Assembly: GCF_006345805.1 (NCBI RefSeq)
Contig: NW_021832207.1
Coordinates: 1-31,617 of the forward strand
Origin: Octopus sinensis
Lineage: Eukaryota
Reading direction: 5' to 3'
DNA: 31,617 nucleotides
Shown here: one piece after another, positions 1-11,562 of the stretch
How the letters are laid out: every line of letters begins with the position of its first letter
How positions within the stretch are numbered: the stretch's first letter is position 1
Position numbers and translations under genes: made by a program
The notes under the pieces: generated by a model
Databases searched by the model: none
What the model was told of the DNA's origin: nothing
The model's input: the letters and a program-made list of their open reading frames with translations, nothing else

Positions 1-139
1 CAGTACTGGTAGGTAAATGTTGAACTCAATGCTACATTGGTGGATATATATAATTTCTTTATTCGTGAATGAAGGCTACCATTGATTTCATGTACATATA
101 TATGTGCATGTGTGTGCGTGCGTGTGTGTGCGGAAGCAT

Positions 140-428
140 AATAGCTCAGTAGTTAGGGCAGCAAACTCGCAGTCGTAAGATCAATGAGGCTCCAGCAGAG
201 GGTGGTAGCAAACCCTGTTGTACTATTTCACCACAACTTTCTTCCTGTTTCTGTTGTACCTGCATTTCAAAGGGGCCAACTTTTATCACACTCTGTGTCA
301 TACTTAATCTCCCTGAGAACTATGTTAAGAGTACACATGTTTGTGGAGTGCTCAGCCGCTTGCATGTTAATTTCATGAGCAGGCTGTTCCATTTATCGTG
401 TCAACTGGAACCCTCGTTCTCATAACTA
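140..428 (+). mobile_element. tRNA-derived SINE with an internal deletion
   Basis: Has an A-box-like head (tagctcagtagttaggg), but the B-box region is missing. The body resembles a recalled octopus SINE. A degenerate related piece lies at about 22590-22640. Confidence 0.65.
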
Positions 429-494
429 GCAGAGTGCCACAAATATATATAAGTGTGCGTGTGTGTGTCTGTGTGTGTATACACACACACTCAT

Positions 495-504
495 ATATGC
501 ATAC

Positions 505-575
<71 letters not shown>

Positions 576-585
576 ATATATATAA
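495..585. repeat. (TA)n microsatellite within a wider TA/CA/GATA low-complexity block (about 445-800)
   Basis: Directly visible. It accounts for the YIYI-type ORFs at 373-721. Confidence 0.97.
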
Positions 586-999
586 TAGAATATATACATA
601 CACACACACACACAAAAATATATATATACACATATATACATACACACACATATATATATATATATATAAACATATATACTTACACACATATATATATATA
701 AAATATCAACAATACATATAGACAGATAGATAGATGGCTAGATAGATAGACACACACAAACACGCACACACAAGCACACACACATACACACATGCATGGG
801 TATTTGAGTTTGTTTTTGTGTTAAGCTATATGAAAAAAAAAAAAAGAAAAACAACTTAACATTAAAACTGAAGGGTTGCTCAATACATTCTATTAGAGTA
901 CATATTTATCAAACGTTTTTCCTAGGAAAAGGTTCACAGGGGCTTCACAGTTTTAGCTTGCTTGCTTTCAACAGTGAGATTATATAAAGAAAGAAAAAG

Positions 1000-1235
1000 A
1001 GAGAGAGAGAGAGAGAGAGAGAGCAAAGAATGAGGGAAGGAGAGACACACACACCACACACACATATATATATAGTCTAATGTCTAAATCATGTTAGAGT
1101 GGAATTGTCTTTAAAAAGCCATGAGAGGGCACCGAGAAGACTGTTACCTAATATACAATGGTATTTAAAGACATCTCCAAGAGTACAGGACCAGGAGAGA
1201 AAAAAGATAGAGAGAAAGGATGAGAGAAGAAATAC

Positions 1236-1295
<60 letters not shown>

Positions 1296-1500
1296 TGGGA
1301 TGAGGAAGAAGAGAATGGTAAAAGAAGGAGTGGGATGGAGTGAGAGAGTAGTATGGTGAGAAAGAGAAAGAGAGTGAAAATCGGAGAAACAGAGAGAGAG
1401 AAAGAAAGAGGAGGAGAGAGAGAGAGAGAGAGAGAGTCTGCAGGGTATGTGTGTGTGTGCGTTGTTACGTTACTCTGTATAGAAGAAGCAAAGAGAAAAA
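1000..1500. repeat. (GA)n, (TA)n and (GT)n microsatellite cluster
   Basis: Directly visible. Confidence 0.9.
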
Positions 1501-1744
1501 TATATATGTATAACAAGAGCAAAAATAACGACAACAACAACAACAACAATGATGATGATGATAAATGCAACAAAATCCTGCCCTATCCATTAACACACAT
1601 ACATACTCAGAGATGCACACACAAACACACATATATTCAGATACATATATTCAAAATACACACATACATACATATGTAGACATACACTCACACATACAGA
1701 CACATGCACTCACAAACACACACACACACACATACACACATATA

Positions 1745-2030
1745 CATGCATGCACACTTACTCACACATGCAGTCGCACATACGTACACTCACACATGTC
1801 ATATTCATTCAGGATAGACACAACACACACACACACACATTCACTCACACAGACACACACATTTAGACATACACACATACACACATATACATGCATGCAC
1901 ACTTACTCACACATGCAGTCGCACATACGTACACTCACACATGTTCATAGATTCAGATACACACACACACACACATTCACTCACACAGACACACACATTT
2001 AGACATACACACATGCATGCATACATATAC
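1745..2030 (+). repeat. Recent tandem duplication of about 145 bp in CA-rich sequence
   Basis: The string cacttactcacacatgcagtcgcacatacgtacactcacacatgt occurs twice, with cttactc anchors at 1757 and 1902. Confidence 0.9.
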
Positions 2031-3207
2031 ATGCACTCACACACACACATGCATGCACATACTCACAAACAAATACACACACACACACGCACGCACAGCA
2101 ATTAGTACGTATACATATATCAAAGAAGTGTGTTACTTTCGTGCAGTTAATACATATATTCAACCAGGATGCTGATGGGATATACAGTCAAGGCTGTTGC
2201 TGCTATTGTTGTTATTGTCATTGTGGTTGCTTGTGCCTCTTACCTATCCCATCACCCTCATGTCTTTATTTTTGTCAGTTTTTTTTTGTTTGGGGGATTT
2301 GTTTTTGGCTATTCCTTCTTTTGTTCCAAAAATGGCCAGTTTCCTTTAAATGACACATTTTTTTTTCTTTGGTTTTTTTTTTTGTTCCGTCAACGAGATT
2401 GTAATAACAGTAATAATAGCTGGGAAGAAAGAGAGGGGGAAAGAAAGAGAAAGAATGGGGAGAGAGAGGGAGAGAGAGAGACTTTACACTTTTTGTTGTT
2501 GTTGATTCTTCTTCATATCATCGTAATGGTAGTGACAGTGGTAATGACATTGTTGGTGGTGATGATGGTGATGAGGAGGATGATGAGGTACTGATCATGG
2601 TGGAAATGATAATGATAGTAGTAGTTGTGGTGGTGGTGAGGTCGAGGCTGTTATGATTTTGATAGCAATGGTCATGATGGTGATGGTGGTGGTGCTGCTG
2701 CTGCTGGCAGTTGAGGCAAGAGCCTCTATATGTTATGTAACTCTACAATAAATAGCAGTCAAAACGTGCCTTAATCCTCATCTAATGTACATCCTCAAAA
2801 CATTTGCTCAAGGAAAAAAAAAATCAGCTGGATGGTCGCAGCTGGAACACTGTTTATCGTAATTCTGTCCGCTTGATCAGGTTTGATTTGAGGCCAAACA
2901 ACAATAACAATAGCAATGAGGAAAGTGCTGGCACTGAGATACCAATTATCAAATGGGCCAAATCAACCATTTCTCTTGCAGCAACAGAAAAAAAACCCCA
3001 AAAAAACCCAGCAAAAATGACAACAACAACAACAATAAATATATTATAAATGAAATTAAAAATATTACACTCCCAAAAACAAAAACTAATACATATAACA
3101 AATGGAACACACACATATACACACTAAAAGATAAAAAATTATTGAAAGGCATGTTTATAATTTTTTGGACTATTAACCTCATCTTTTTAGAGCTCATCTT
3201 TTTAGAG

Positions 3208-3393
3208 ATGAGTGCTTAATCTTATGTTTGTCTGTCTTTACGTTCTGAGTTCAAATTTCACCGACGTCGACTTTACCTTTCATCCTTTCAGGGTCAATAA
3301 ATTAAGTACCAGTTGCGTACTGAGGTCAATCTAATCAACTGGTCCTCTCCCCCAAAATTTTCAAGCCTTGTGCTTAGATTAGAAAAGAATATT
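3208..3393 (+). mobile_element. tRNA-derived SINE family B, 5'-truncated
   Basis: B-box gagttcaaat, central cctttcatcctttcagggtcaataaattaagtaccag and tail gccttgtgcttagattagaaaag. The central domain resembles the Meta domain as I recall it. Confidence 0.85.
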
Positions 3394-3579
3394 TATATCT
3401 TATGCTATATTTCTATATTTCAATTGATTTTGTTCTCTATATTCCGAGGTCATCTTATTATTCCTGGATGTTTTGATAAAGCACCACACTGGGTTTGAAC
3501 TATGAAACAGCATGAACTTTTAATGCTGTGTTACTCTACAATGGATTCCATAAAACCCCAAGAGTCTCATCTTTTGAGT

Positions 3580-3800
3580 ACTGGGTGACCTCACTAGTGC
3601 TGGTGCCACATGGGAAATCACCTGCTACACTCTGTAAACTGTGAAAGGGTCAGCATTAGGACAGGACATCCAGTTGTAGGAATCATGCCAAACTAGACAT
3701 CTGAACTTGTTGCAGCCCTCTGGCTTGCCAATTCTGGTCAAACTCTCCATCCCATGGATAAGAAAAAGGGATGCCAAATGATGCTCATGATGATGATGTA
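3580..3800 (+). mobile_element. Retroposon 3' end (RTE-like 3' UTR family) with a (GAT)n tail
   Basis: ggtgacctcactagtgctggtgccac...tgatgatgatg. The same family occurs at 6520-6725, 28160-28200 and 31360-31465. The RTE assignment is from recall. Confidence 0.6.
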
Positions 3801-4358
3801 GTGGTATACATGTAAAAAATATATTTTCCGTGTGTGTGTGTACAATTATTTCTATGTCAGCTTCCCATGTCACGTTGACATAAGATAAAATGTCTTTTTT
3901 GTTTGGAAAATTTAATAAAAATTTATTTTTATAATATATATACTATCTTCCAAATTTTTTCTTTTATACAAATGAATTTTCTCCCTCTCTCTTAGATAAC
4001 TTTTTTTGCTTCATTTAGTTGTTTTGTTAGAATTAGAGTGAGATGGGGTTGTCTGTAAAATATAAGTCTGGCGTGTTGGGAAAATTATATAAAAAGTTTC
4101 CCAAAATATGCTCAGGAATGACTGGCTTAAACAGATATCAATGCTGCAATGTGGAAATCAGAAACTAAGAATCTTTGTTTCAAATTCTGTTAGGTAAAAT
4201 TATGCAAATATCCTAGAGTAAGACATTGGGACTTGATCATAGATCAAACTAATCAAGGAATTAGGAGGTTATTCGAGTTTCTTCAGAAATATAAAAAAAT
4301 ATGAAATACCCAATATGAATCCTATCGGCACTATGTGCATCTCTAGAATTAACTCAAA

Positions 4359-4782
4359 GGCACAGGAGTGGCTGTGTGGTAAGTAGCTTGCTAACCAGCC
4401 ACACGGTTCCGGGTTCAGTCCCACTGCATGGCATCTTGGGCAAGTGTCTTTTGCTATAGCCCCGGGCCGACCAATGCCTTGTGAGTGGATTTGGTAGACG
4501 GAAACTGAAAGAAGCCTGTCGTATATATGTATATATATATATATATGTGTGTGTGTGGGGGGGGGGTTGTGTGTCTGTGTTTGTCCCCCTAGCATTGCTT
4601 GACAACCAATGCTGGTGTGTTTACGTCCCCGTCACTTAGCAGTTCGGCAAAAAGAGACTGATAGAATAAGTACTGGGCTTACAAAGAATAAGTCCCGGGG
4701 TCGATTTGATCGACTAAAGGTGGTGCTCCAGCATGGCCGCAGTCAAATGACTGAAACAAGTAAAAGAGTAAAAGAGTAAAGA
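4359..4782 (+). mobile_element. Full-length tRNA-derived CORE-like SINE family A
   Basis: Head ggcacaggagtggctgtgtggtaag, B-box gggttcagtccc, CORE-like cttgggcaagtgtctt, internal TA/GT microsatellite and tail (gtaaaaga)n. Homologous to 12674-13073 and 30024-30446. Confidence 0.92.
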
Positions 4783-4839
4783 TGCTGATTGGAAATCAAA
4801 TTGAAAGCATCATTGGTCTTAGTTTGGAACTGAAGATTT

Positions 4840-5270
4840 CAAAACTTGGTTTAGAAATAAAAAAGAAAATTATATTTCAAACCTAGTCAGTTGCTGCATA
4901 TCCAGGAATAAAACAAAGTTATGATTGGAGACCAAACCATTTACAATATTAGCCTTGGTTTAGAATTGAATATTCCATGGTATTCTTTAAAAATAAGAGA
5001 TTCCTAGTTCAAATATAGTCATGAGCTGCAAATGAATCCAGGAATAAGATATTGGATAATGAGTAGAGACCAAACTATAAACAAATTTAGCCTTGGTTTT
5101 ATATTGTAATGTTCCTAAAGTTATTTTAGAAAAAAAAATCCAAAGTTTCAATCTATTTTGGTGCTATGATATATATCTGTCCAGGAATAAGATATAAGAT
5201 GGAATTCAAAGACCAAACCAAAAACATCATTACTCTAATTTTAAATGAAGTTCCCTAAATTCAGAACAAA
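4840..5270 (+). repeat. Degenerate tandem repeat of about 140 bp (three copies plus a partial)
   Basis: tccaggaataa at 4901, 5037 and 5180, each followed by gaccaaac. cttggttt at 4845, 4954 and 5092. Confidence 0.8.
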
Positions 5271-5339
5271 ATTGGAACAACTGATACATCATCAGTAAAA
5301 CACTTGAAAATTTGGCAGAAATATAAAAAGGAGAGTTAA

Positions 5340-5557
5340 CCCTTTAGTATTCAAACAGGTCATATCAGACCCAGATATTTTATGTTTTGTGTTCAAACTG
5401 GCCAGATCCAACTTCTCATACCTATCCTACAATGTCATTCTAAAAATAAAGTATCACGTCATTGAAAGCTTGAAGTTGTGAGATAATGCATGATTAATTC
5501 AGAAGATTGAGGATAAATATACTTTACATTGAGCATAGTAATATAAATACTAAAGGG
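5340..5557. mobile_element. piggyBac-type MITE (218 bp)
   Basis: Perfect 12-bp TIRs, CCCTTTAGTATT...AATACTAAAGGG, flanked by TTAA (5336-5339) and TTGA (5558-5561). Confidence 0.8.
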
Positions 5558-5681
5558 TTGAATATTTAAGGGGTCAAAAGATGAGGTTAATAATTCGAAC
5601 AATTATTATCTTAATCATTATTAACAACTAATCATCATAGATAGTTAAGACATTCAAAAGAATAAGATATAGGATTGGTGT

Positions 5682-5687
5682 ACTCAC
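5682..5687 (-). other. U2-type 5' splice site
   Basis: TTCAG|GTGAGT is a consensus major-class donor at the conserved WFSNFR/EFYY junction. Confidence 0.93.
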
Positions 5688-5842
5688 CTGAAATTACTAA
5701 ACCATTTGACCAACTGTGCTGTATTGTTTTTATTAAACCGGATGTCGGGGAAAAACACTTTTAAGATTGCGGAACTCGGATAGCGGACATAGAAAAACAT
5801 CAACTTTGCTTTCCGTAGATGCATAGGTGTCAAGGTTGTAGT
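5688..5842 (-). CDS. pros: Internal coding exon of prospero/PROX1, encoding the Prospero-type homeodomain
   Basis: Translation [51 protein letters not shown]+AG matches the recalled Prospero signature [43 protein letters not shown]. It ends at a strong donor, CAG|GTGAGT (phase 2 within Arg). The 5' edge is placed at an AC acceptor downstream of a U12 branch site; that edge is uncertain by a few nt. Confidence 0.97.
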
Positions 5843-5860
5843 GTAGTGACAGTTAAGGAA
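5843..5860 (-). other. U12-type branch site and AC 3' splice site
   Basis: Minus strand reads TTCCTTAAC (5860-5852) TGTCACTAC| then ACT ACA ACC TTG. This is an exact U12 branch consensus. No AG occurs between 5918 and about 5812. Confidence 0.88.
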
Positions 5861-5984
5861 AAAAAAGAGATAACATACAACAAAAAAAAAGACAAACATT
5901 TCAAGTATATATACACACCTCTATATTCAACACACACACATATACACATATATATGTATTCATTAACACTTTCTACCTGTATAC

Positions 5985-6725
5985 ATTCTCATTTTGTTAG
6001 TGGCAACTCCCATTGCGTTTGTTTATTTCCTACTATTTCCACCACTATGTACCTCTAATCTCATCTCTGACACTGTACATCTCTTGCACACCTCTTACAT
6101 TTCACATCATCTGTGGTATCTCTGATTGTCTCTGCTTTCTTCCTCCCAAATACATATTCATCATTGACCATGCTTCAAGCCAGGTTTACTCTTCACTCCG
6201 TTCACCTCTATCTCCATCTTCATCCATCTGCCACATCCCTTTCACATACACTATCACAAACTTATCTAGACATTCACCCTGTTCAATCCTCTGGACTATT
6301 TATACATTCACCTTCCTATAACTTGTGAGAACACCCCCAACACCTCCTCATTACCATCTTCTCCCTTTTTTCCAACTTGGGAAGCCATGTGATCTCCTCT
6401 ACTGCAAGACACAAGTTTCTATCCCTCAGTTATACTTTAACCTCTCATCACCTGGCACAAAACCATTTCCCCTCAACACTACTCCCCCACTTAGTTGAGG
6501 GGGTATTGCCTTGCAAGTTACTTGGTGACCTCACCAGTGCTGGTGCCACATAAAAGCACCCAACACATCCTGTAGCATGGTTGGCATTATAAAGAATATC
6601 CAGCTGTAAAAACCAAGCCAAATAGTTGATGGTGTTTGGGGCTCTCCTCTGGTTTATTGGCTCATGTCAAACTGTCCAACCTATGCTGGTATGGGAAATG
6701 GATCTCAAACAATGATGATGATAAT
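5985..6725 (+). mobile_element. Degenerate retroposon 3' region (RTE-like family)
   Basis: 6520-6725 is homologous to 3580-3800 and ends in gatgatgat. The G-poor segment upstream is included tentatively. Confidence 0.5.
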
Positions 6726-7439
6726 CATAATGGTACGCAATAAGAAGATGTCAAAATATATATAACAGGACAGACAGATTACTGCCAGACAAGATCAAAT
6801 ACATAAAACCTGATGGCAAATAATGAGAGACAGTCCAGATAAGAGTTGGTTGGCTATAGAAAATTCACCAGGAGAGCAAATGAAAATTAAAGATAAAATA
6901 AATGATAGACAGGTAGTTATTTATGTCATCAGAGCACTAATAAATAAGTGACAGAAATATGCATATAAGCATAACTAAGAAGAAAGCAAGAAAATAGTCA
7001 TTCATATATATGTAGATATCCAAGGATGAAGATCAGTGTAAAGAAGAAAATTCAAGGTGATTCTTTACAGCTGTTTCAGGGATATGTCGACAAGTATCTT
7101 CAATTTTTTTCTTTCTTTTCAATATTTCTCCTTAAAAAAATCTGAACATCTGCCTATTTATAAAAGACTAATATGGACTATCTTTCTACTTTGTCCTTAA
7201 TTATATTTATACACATATTTGTGCAAATAGGGCAAACATACAATAACTAAGATTTGATTTTATCAAACTTCCATTTGCTTATACACAACGATGAACTTAA
7301 TACTAATTTTTCAAGTGAAAACATTTATTACCTTAAAATGAATTTAAAATAAAATTTAGAAAAAAACAATTTTCTTGTTGAAGCTTACTTCAATAACTGT
7401 GATGGTATTTGTACATGTATCTTGTGAGTGCCTGCCTCT

Positions 7440-7442
7440 ACA

Positions 7443-7480
<38 letters not shown>

Positions 7481-8184
7481 GTCCGTCCTTGCAAGCATGT
7501 GTGAGTGTTTGTAAGTATATATGTATGTATACGTGTGAGCATCTGAAACCATGATTGCATGTGTGCGTTTGTAGGCGTGGATGTGTGAGTACATTTATGT
7601 GTGGGTGTGCAAGAAAGAATGAGTGTATGAGAGGGATAGAGAGAGATAAAGAGTGTATGTGTGTGTGTGTGTGCACTAGTATGTGCAGGTATGCATGTGA
7701 AACAGTATTTTTCTATGCATGTGTATGAGTGTATATAAATGCAGATTTGTATGCATGTGTATATATTTCAAAATTTGTATGTGTGTCCGCAGATACATGT
7801 GTACTATCTGTATAATACATGGTAGAAAGTGTGACAGATATCACTGTGTGTTGGGGAGAGAGAGAGAGAGAAAGAGAGAGATGCAATGAAAATAACAGAT
7901 AATTATGTTGGCGGTGGTGGTGGTGGTGGAAATGGCAGGAGAAAAGCATATGATGAGTGGAGGTGGGGAGCGCAGCATGGTGGTAGTGGTGGTGATGTTG
8001 ATAGTGATGATGGTGATGTGGCGGCGGCGGCGGTGGTGGTGGTACTGCTGACAATTTGTATAGGAATCTCTTCTTTTGTCAGTCTGATAGATAAACAATA
8101 ATAATAATGGGAAAGGACAAAAATTAAGACACACAAATACTGAACACACACACACACACACAATATACGTACATATATATATAT

Positions 8185-8228
<44 letters not shown>

Positions 8229-8490
8229 TTATACATTCATATATACACAGGAAATCCCCAATAGATTAGATAAATAGATTTTTAAAAAAGTGAAAGTCAC
8301 CGATATACATACATATATATATTATATATATATATACATAGACATATATATATATATATATATATATATACCACACACCATCTGATAAAATTACACACAC
8401 ATAGATACAGCATATGTTATATATGTATGTATGTGTGTGTGTATATATATATATATATTATATATATATATATATATACATACATACATA
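7440..8490. repeat. (GT)n, (GA)n, (GGT/GGC)n and (TA)n low-complexity block
   Basis: Directly visible. It is the source of the poly-His/Pro/Gly ORFs at 7356-8163. Confidence 0.9.
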
Positions 8491-8826
8491 GAGAGAGAGA
8501 GAGAGAGAGATGTTGAGGTTGACAAATCAAGAGTGTAACAATCTGTGTTAAGACAGGGTGGCCTAGGGTAAACCTAGCCAAATCACTAGTAATGATGGTC
8601 GACAGGAAATCACCAATGTTCTATGACTACAAAGTTACTATCACAAATAATAGACAATGTGTGTGAGTGAGTATATGCATGCGCACACGTGACTGTGTGT
8701 GTGAGAGGGAGAGTACATATGCAAGCACACACACACAATTTGTTTTATTTGTTTTTTTTTTTGCAAAGTAAAGGTTGACAGTTACAACAAACTTCCAACT
8801 ACGTACTAATCACAGCACTGATACAT

Positions 8827-8863
<37 letters not shown>

Positions 8864-8866
<3 letters not shown>

Positions 8867-8954
8867 GCACAGATATGGCTGTGTGGTAAGAAGTTAGGTT
8901 CCCAACCACATAGTTACAGTTTCAATCCACCTGAGCAAGTGTCTTCTGCTCTAG
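8864..8954 (+). mobile_element. SINE family A 5' fragment
   Basis: gaggcacagatatggctgtgtggtaagaag...ctgagcaagtgtcttctgct, truncated at (TA)n. Confidence 0.7.
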
Positions 8955-8973
8955 GTGGTATATATATAATATA

Positions 8974-9022
<49 letters not shown>

Positions 9023-9064
9023 CATCTAGTTTCAGCTCACGAGCTGTGGCCATGCTGGGGCACC

Positions 9065-9105
<41 letters not shown>

Positions 9106-9107
9106 AT

Positions 9108-9398
9108 AAATGGACTCTCCTGTCATTAGATGACATATGAGGGTTCGACAATTTCTTACCGAACAACCACACAGATGAATTGCTTATAGTAATCAAATGT
9201 TTGTGTAGAGATAAGTATCACTCCCTATAGAAGTCGATATTACCTGTACAGGTGCATGTCAGATGTCGAAATGATTGCAGAGCAACATAAAATGAAACAC
9301 TCTGCTCAAGAACACAACATAACGTCCGGTCTGGGAATCAAACCCACGATCTCGCAATCATAGTACAACACCCTAACCACTAAGCCACACACCTTCAC
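9108..9398 (-). mobile_element. tRNA-derived SINE family C
   Basis: Minus-strand head gtggcttagtggttagggtgttgtactatgattgcgagatcgtgggtttgattccc. Homologous to 29705-29988. Confidence 0.75.
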
Positions 9399-9626
9399 AT
9401 ATATGTATATATATTATACATTTGTGTGTGTGTATGTATGTATATGTGTGTGTATATGTATATGTGTGTATATATGTGTATGTCTGTGTGTGTGTATATA
9501 TATATATATGCACACACATATAGATATAAATAGATACATCACACACACATACTTTTATTCTTTTGCCCATTGTAAGCCATTTATGCAAGGCACATTTTTA
9601 TATTTTACTTGTTTCAGTATATGGCC

Positions 9627-9660
<34 letters not shown>

Positions 9661-9661
<1 letters not shown>

Positions 9662-9809
9662 ACAGGGCTTCTTTCAGTTTCTGTCCACCAGATTCACTCA
9701 CAAAGCCTTTGGTTAGACTGAGGTTATAGTAGATGCCATGTAGTGGGACTGAATCTGGAACAATGTAGTAGAGAAGAAAGCTTCTAACCACACAGCTACG
9801 CCTGTGCCT
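9661..9809 (-). mobile_element. SINE family A 5' half
   Basis: Reverse complement of the family A head through gaaactgaaagaagccc. Confidence 0.8.
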
Positions 9810-10207
9810 CTTAAATACACAGATATTCCGTAACTTCTAAAATAATATTTACTCGATAACTAAGTTAGTCTAATTTCTTATTTTAAAAAAATTTTTGTTT
9901 TTGTTTTATTTTTTACTTTTTTGGCAGCTCGTTTTCTGTATGAGATTATATAAGTCATCTGATATTCCATGTCGATAATTAGCACATACAATAGTTAAGT
10001 ACAGCATTGTGATTTTTTTCTTTTCTTTTTATTGTGGAAAATGATGTCAGGTTTATTATGGGCTAAAGTTCCATCGTATTTTCCTATTGTCAAATTCTAA
10101 GAACAGGTGGACATTCAATATGATGAGTAAAAGAGATAAATTCTAGAAGGAGTTGAAAATGGGTGAACATCATTATCATTATCATTATCATTATTACTAT
10201 TGCTATC

Positions 10208-11210
10208 ATGGGTACCAAAAATGTCGTCAGGCACTCACAGCCCTCTACTAGGAGGGCAATAGGATTGGTGGATGTTCCGCTTTAGAAATTTATAGAAGAT
10301 TTAATGTTCCCAGGGAGATTCTGGTCACGGATGAGAATAAACTGGCTAGTCTGTTCCGGAGGGCTTTCCAGTCAGGAACTATCATGGATAATTTTCAGAT
10401 GTCCTTAGCCTGGCAATGCTATTGGTTGGGCACAACTGGTTCAAGATAAACTCTATAGGCACAGACATGCTATCAGACAGGCTTCTCAGAGGTGTGCACA
10501 GAGTGACAAAACCATTCTGCGTGCCCTCATTCAGTGTCCGGGCATTGCTGACTTGTGGGATTATGTCGAACAGCTGCTGTCATGTGTGGAACAGATTTGT
10601 CTGTCAGCTGAAACTGTAGTGGTGACTTCACCGCTGTCCTCCTTTAATCGGACAGCCAAGGCAGTTTTCCTTTGCCTGGTGGCTGTGGCAAAAGAGGTTG
10701 TTTGGTGGACAAGGCTAAAAGGCATGAGGACAGATACATTCCTCTTTGGTAGAGCTCACATTGACTTATTCAAGTTTCACTTGAAAAGGAAACCAAGATT
10801 GGAGAGGGAAGTGCTGTCCTCGAGTGAGTTTATTGAAAGGTGGGTGAAAGTTGCAAAAATGGCAAGAGTGGATGGTACCTCTCCAGGTGTAGACCTATGA
10901 GTCAGTAAGAAGGAACTGGAGAGGGGACTTGCTCTTGGGGATTCTAGGAAATCTTGGACAGCGGGGTTCCTTGATTATTCCTAGTGGCATTCTTATCAGG
11001 AAGGCCACATCTCTATCATCCTACCTGCCACTGTTCTTTTTTATCTTTTTTAAACCTTTGTATGCTTAGCATATATTCCTTCTTTTTCAGTGTATACTGT
11101 GTGTACTAACTTTCTTTCCCTCTTACATTTTTTTTTATCATTTCATTATATGTAAAACCCCCTACTTTATGTCTGTCTCTGTTTGTCCCCCTAGTGGAAA
11201 ATAAATGAAA
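10208..11210 (+). mobile_element. 5'-truncated L1/Tx1-clade LINE: ORF2 C-terminus (zf-RVT) and 3' UTR
   Basis: Frameshifted reading SLAWQCY / DKLYRHRHAIRQASQRCAQSDKTILRALIQCPGIADLWDYVEQLL matches the zf-RVT pattern W..L..RDKL...C.RC...ET..H.L..C. Stop at 10900, AATAAA at 11200-11205, then (ATC)n(ATT)n. Confidence 0.85.
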
Positions 11211-11467
11211 TCATCATCATCATCATTATTATTATTATTGTTATGATTATTATTATTATTATTATTATTATCATTATAGTCTATCTCAGTTACTATTGTT
11301 CACTTCTTTTACATATTTGGTTATGCGTTATCAAAGACTTTTCTGTCCAAACTCTATACACATACACATACATACACACAAACTCACATGCACACACCAC
11401 ACATACACACACAGAGTGACTCTTTACTGTTTCTTAACCTTATACATGTCTGTAGTTAAATAATACA

Positions 11468-11468
11468 G

Positions 11469-11524
<56 letters not shown>

Positions 11525-11562
11525 TGATGATGATGATGATGATAATAATAATCAATAATAAT
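11468..11562. repeat. (AAT)n/(GAT)n microsatellite
   Basis: Directly visible. Confidence 0.97.

Noticed and set aside
1-95. Minus-strand open frame EINGSLHSRIKKLYISTNVALSSTFTYQY as the next prospero exon
   Set aside because: It does not resemble the expected EFYYIQMEKYARQ continuation.
373-2002. ORFs rich in YI, HT, CV or ER dipeptides here and at 9373-9729, 12347-12653, 13651-14018, 22632-23402 and 31181-31587
   Set aside because: They are translations of (TA)n, (CA)n and (GA)n microsatellites, with no domain signal.
5843-5899. N-terminal [19 protein letters not shown] of the listed ORF 5684-5899 as a signal peptide or true start
   Set aside because: It is the intron's U-rich tract and branch site. 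Prospero has a long N-terminal region encoded upstream.
7079-7086. Minus-strand ATATCCCT as the U12 donor
   Set aside because: It mismatches the ATATCCTT consensus, and the upstream sequence is AT-rich non-coding DNA with no Prospero-like reading frame.
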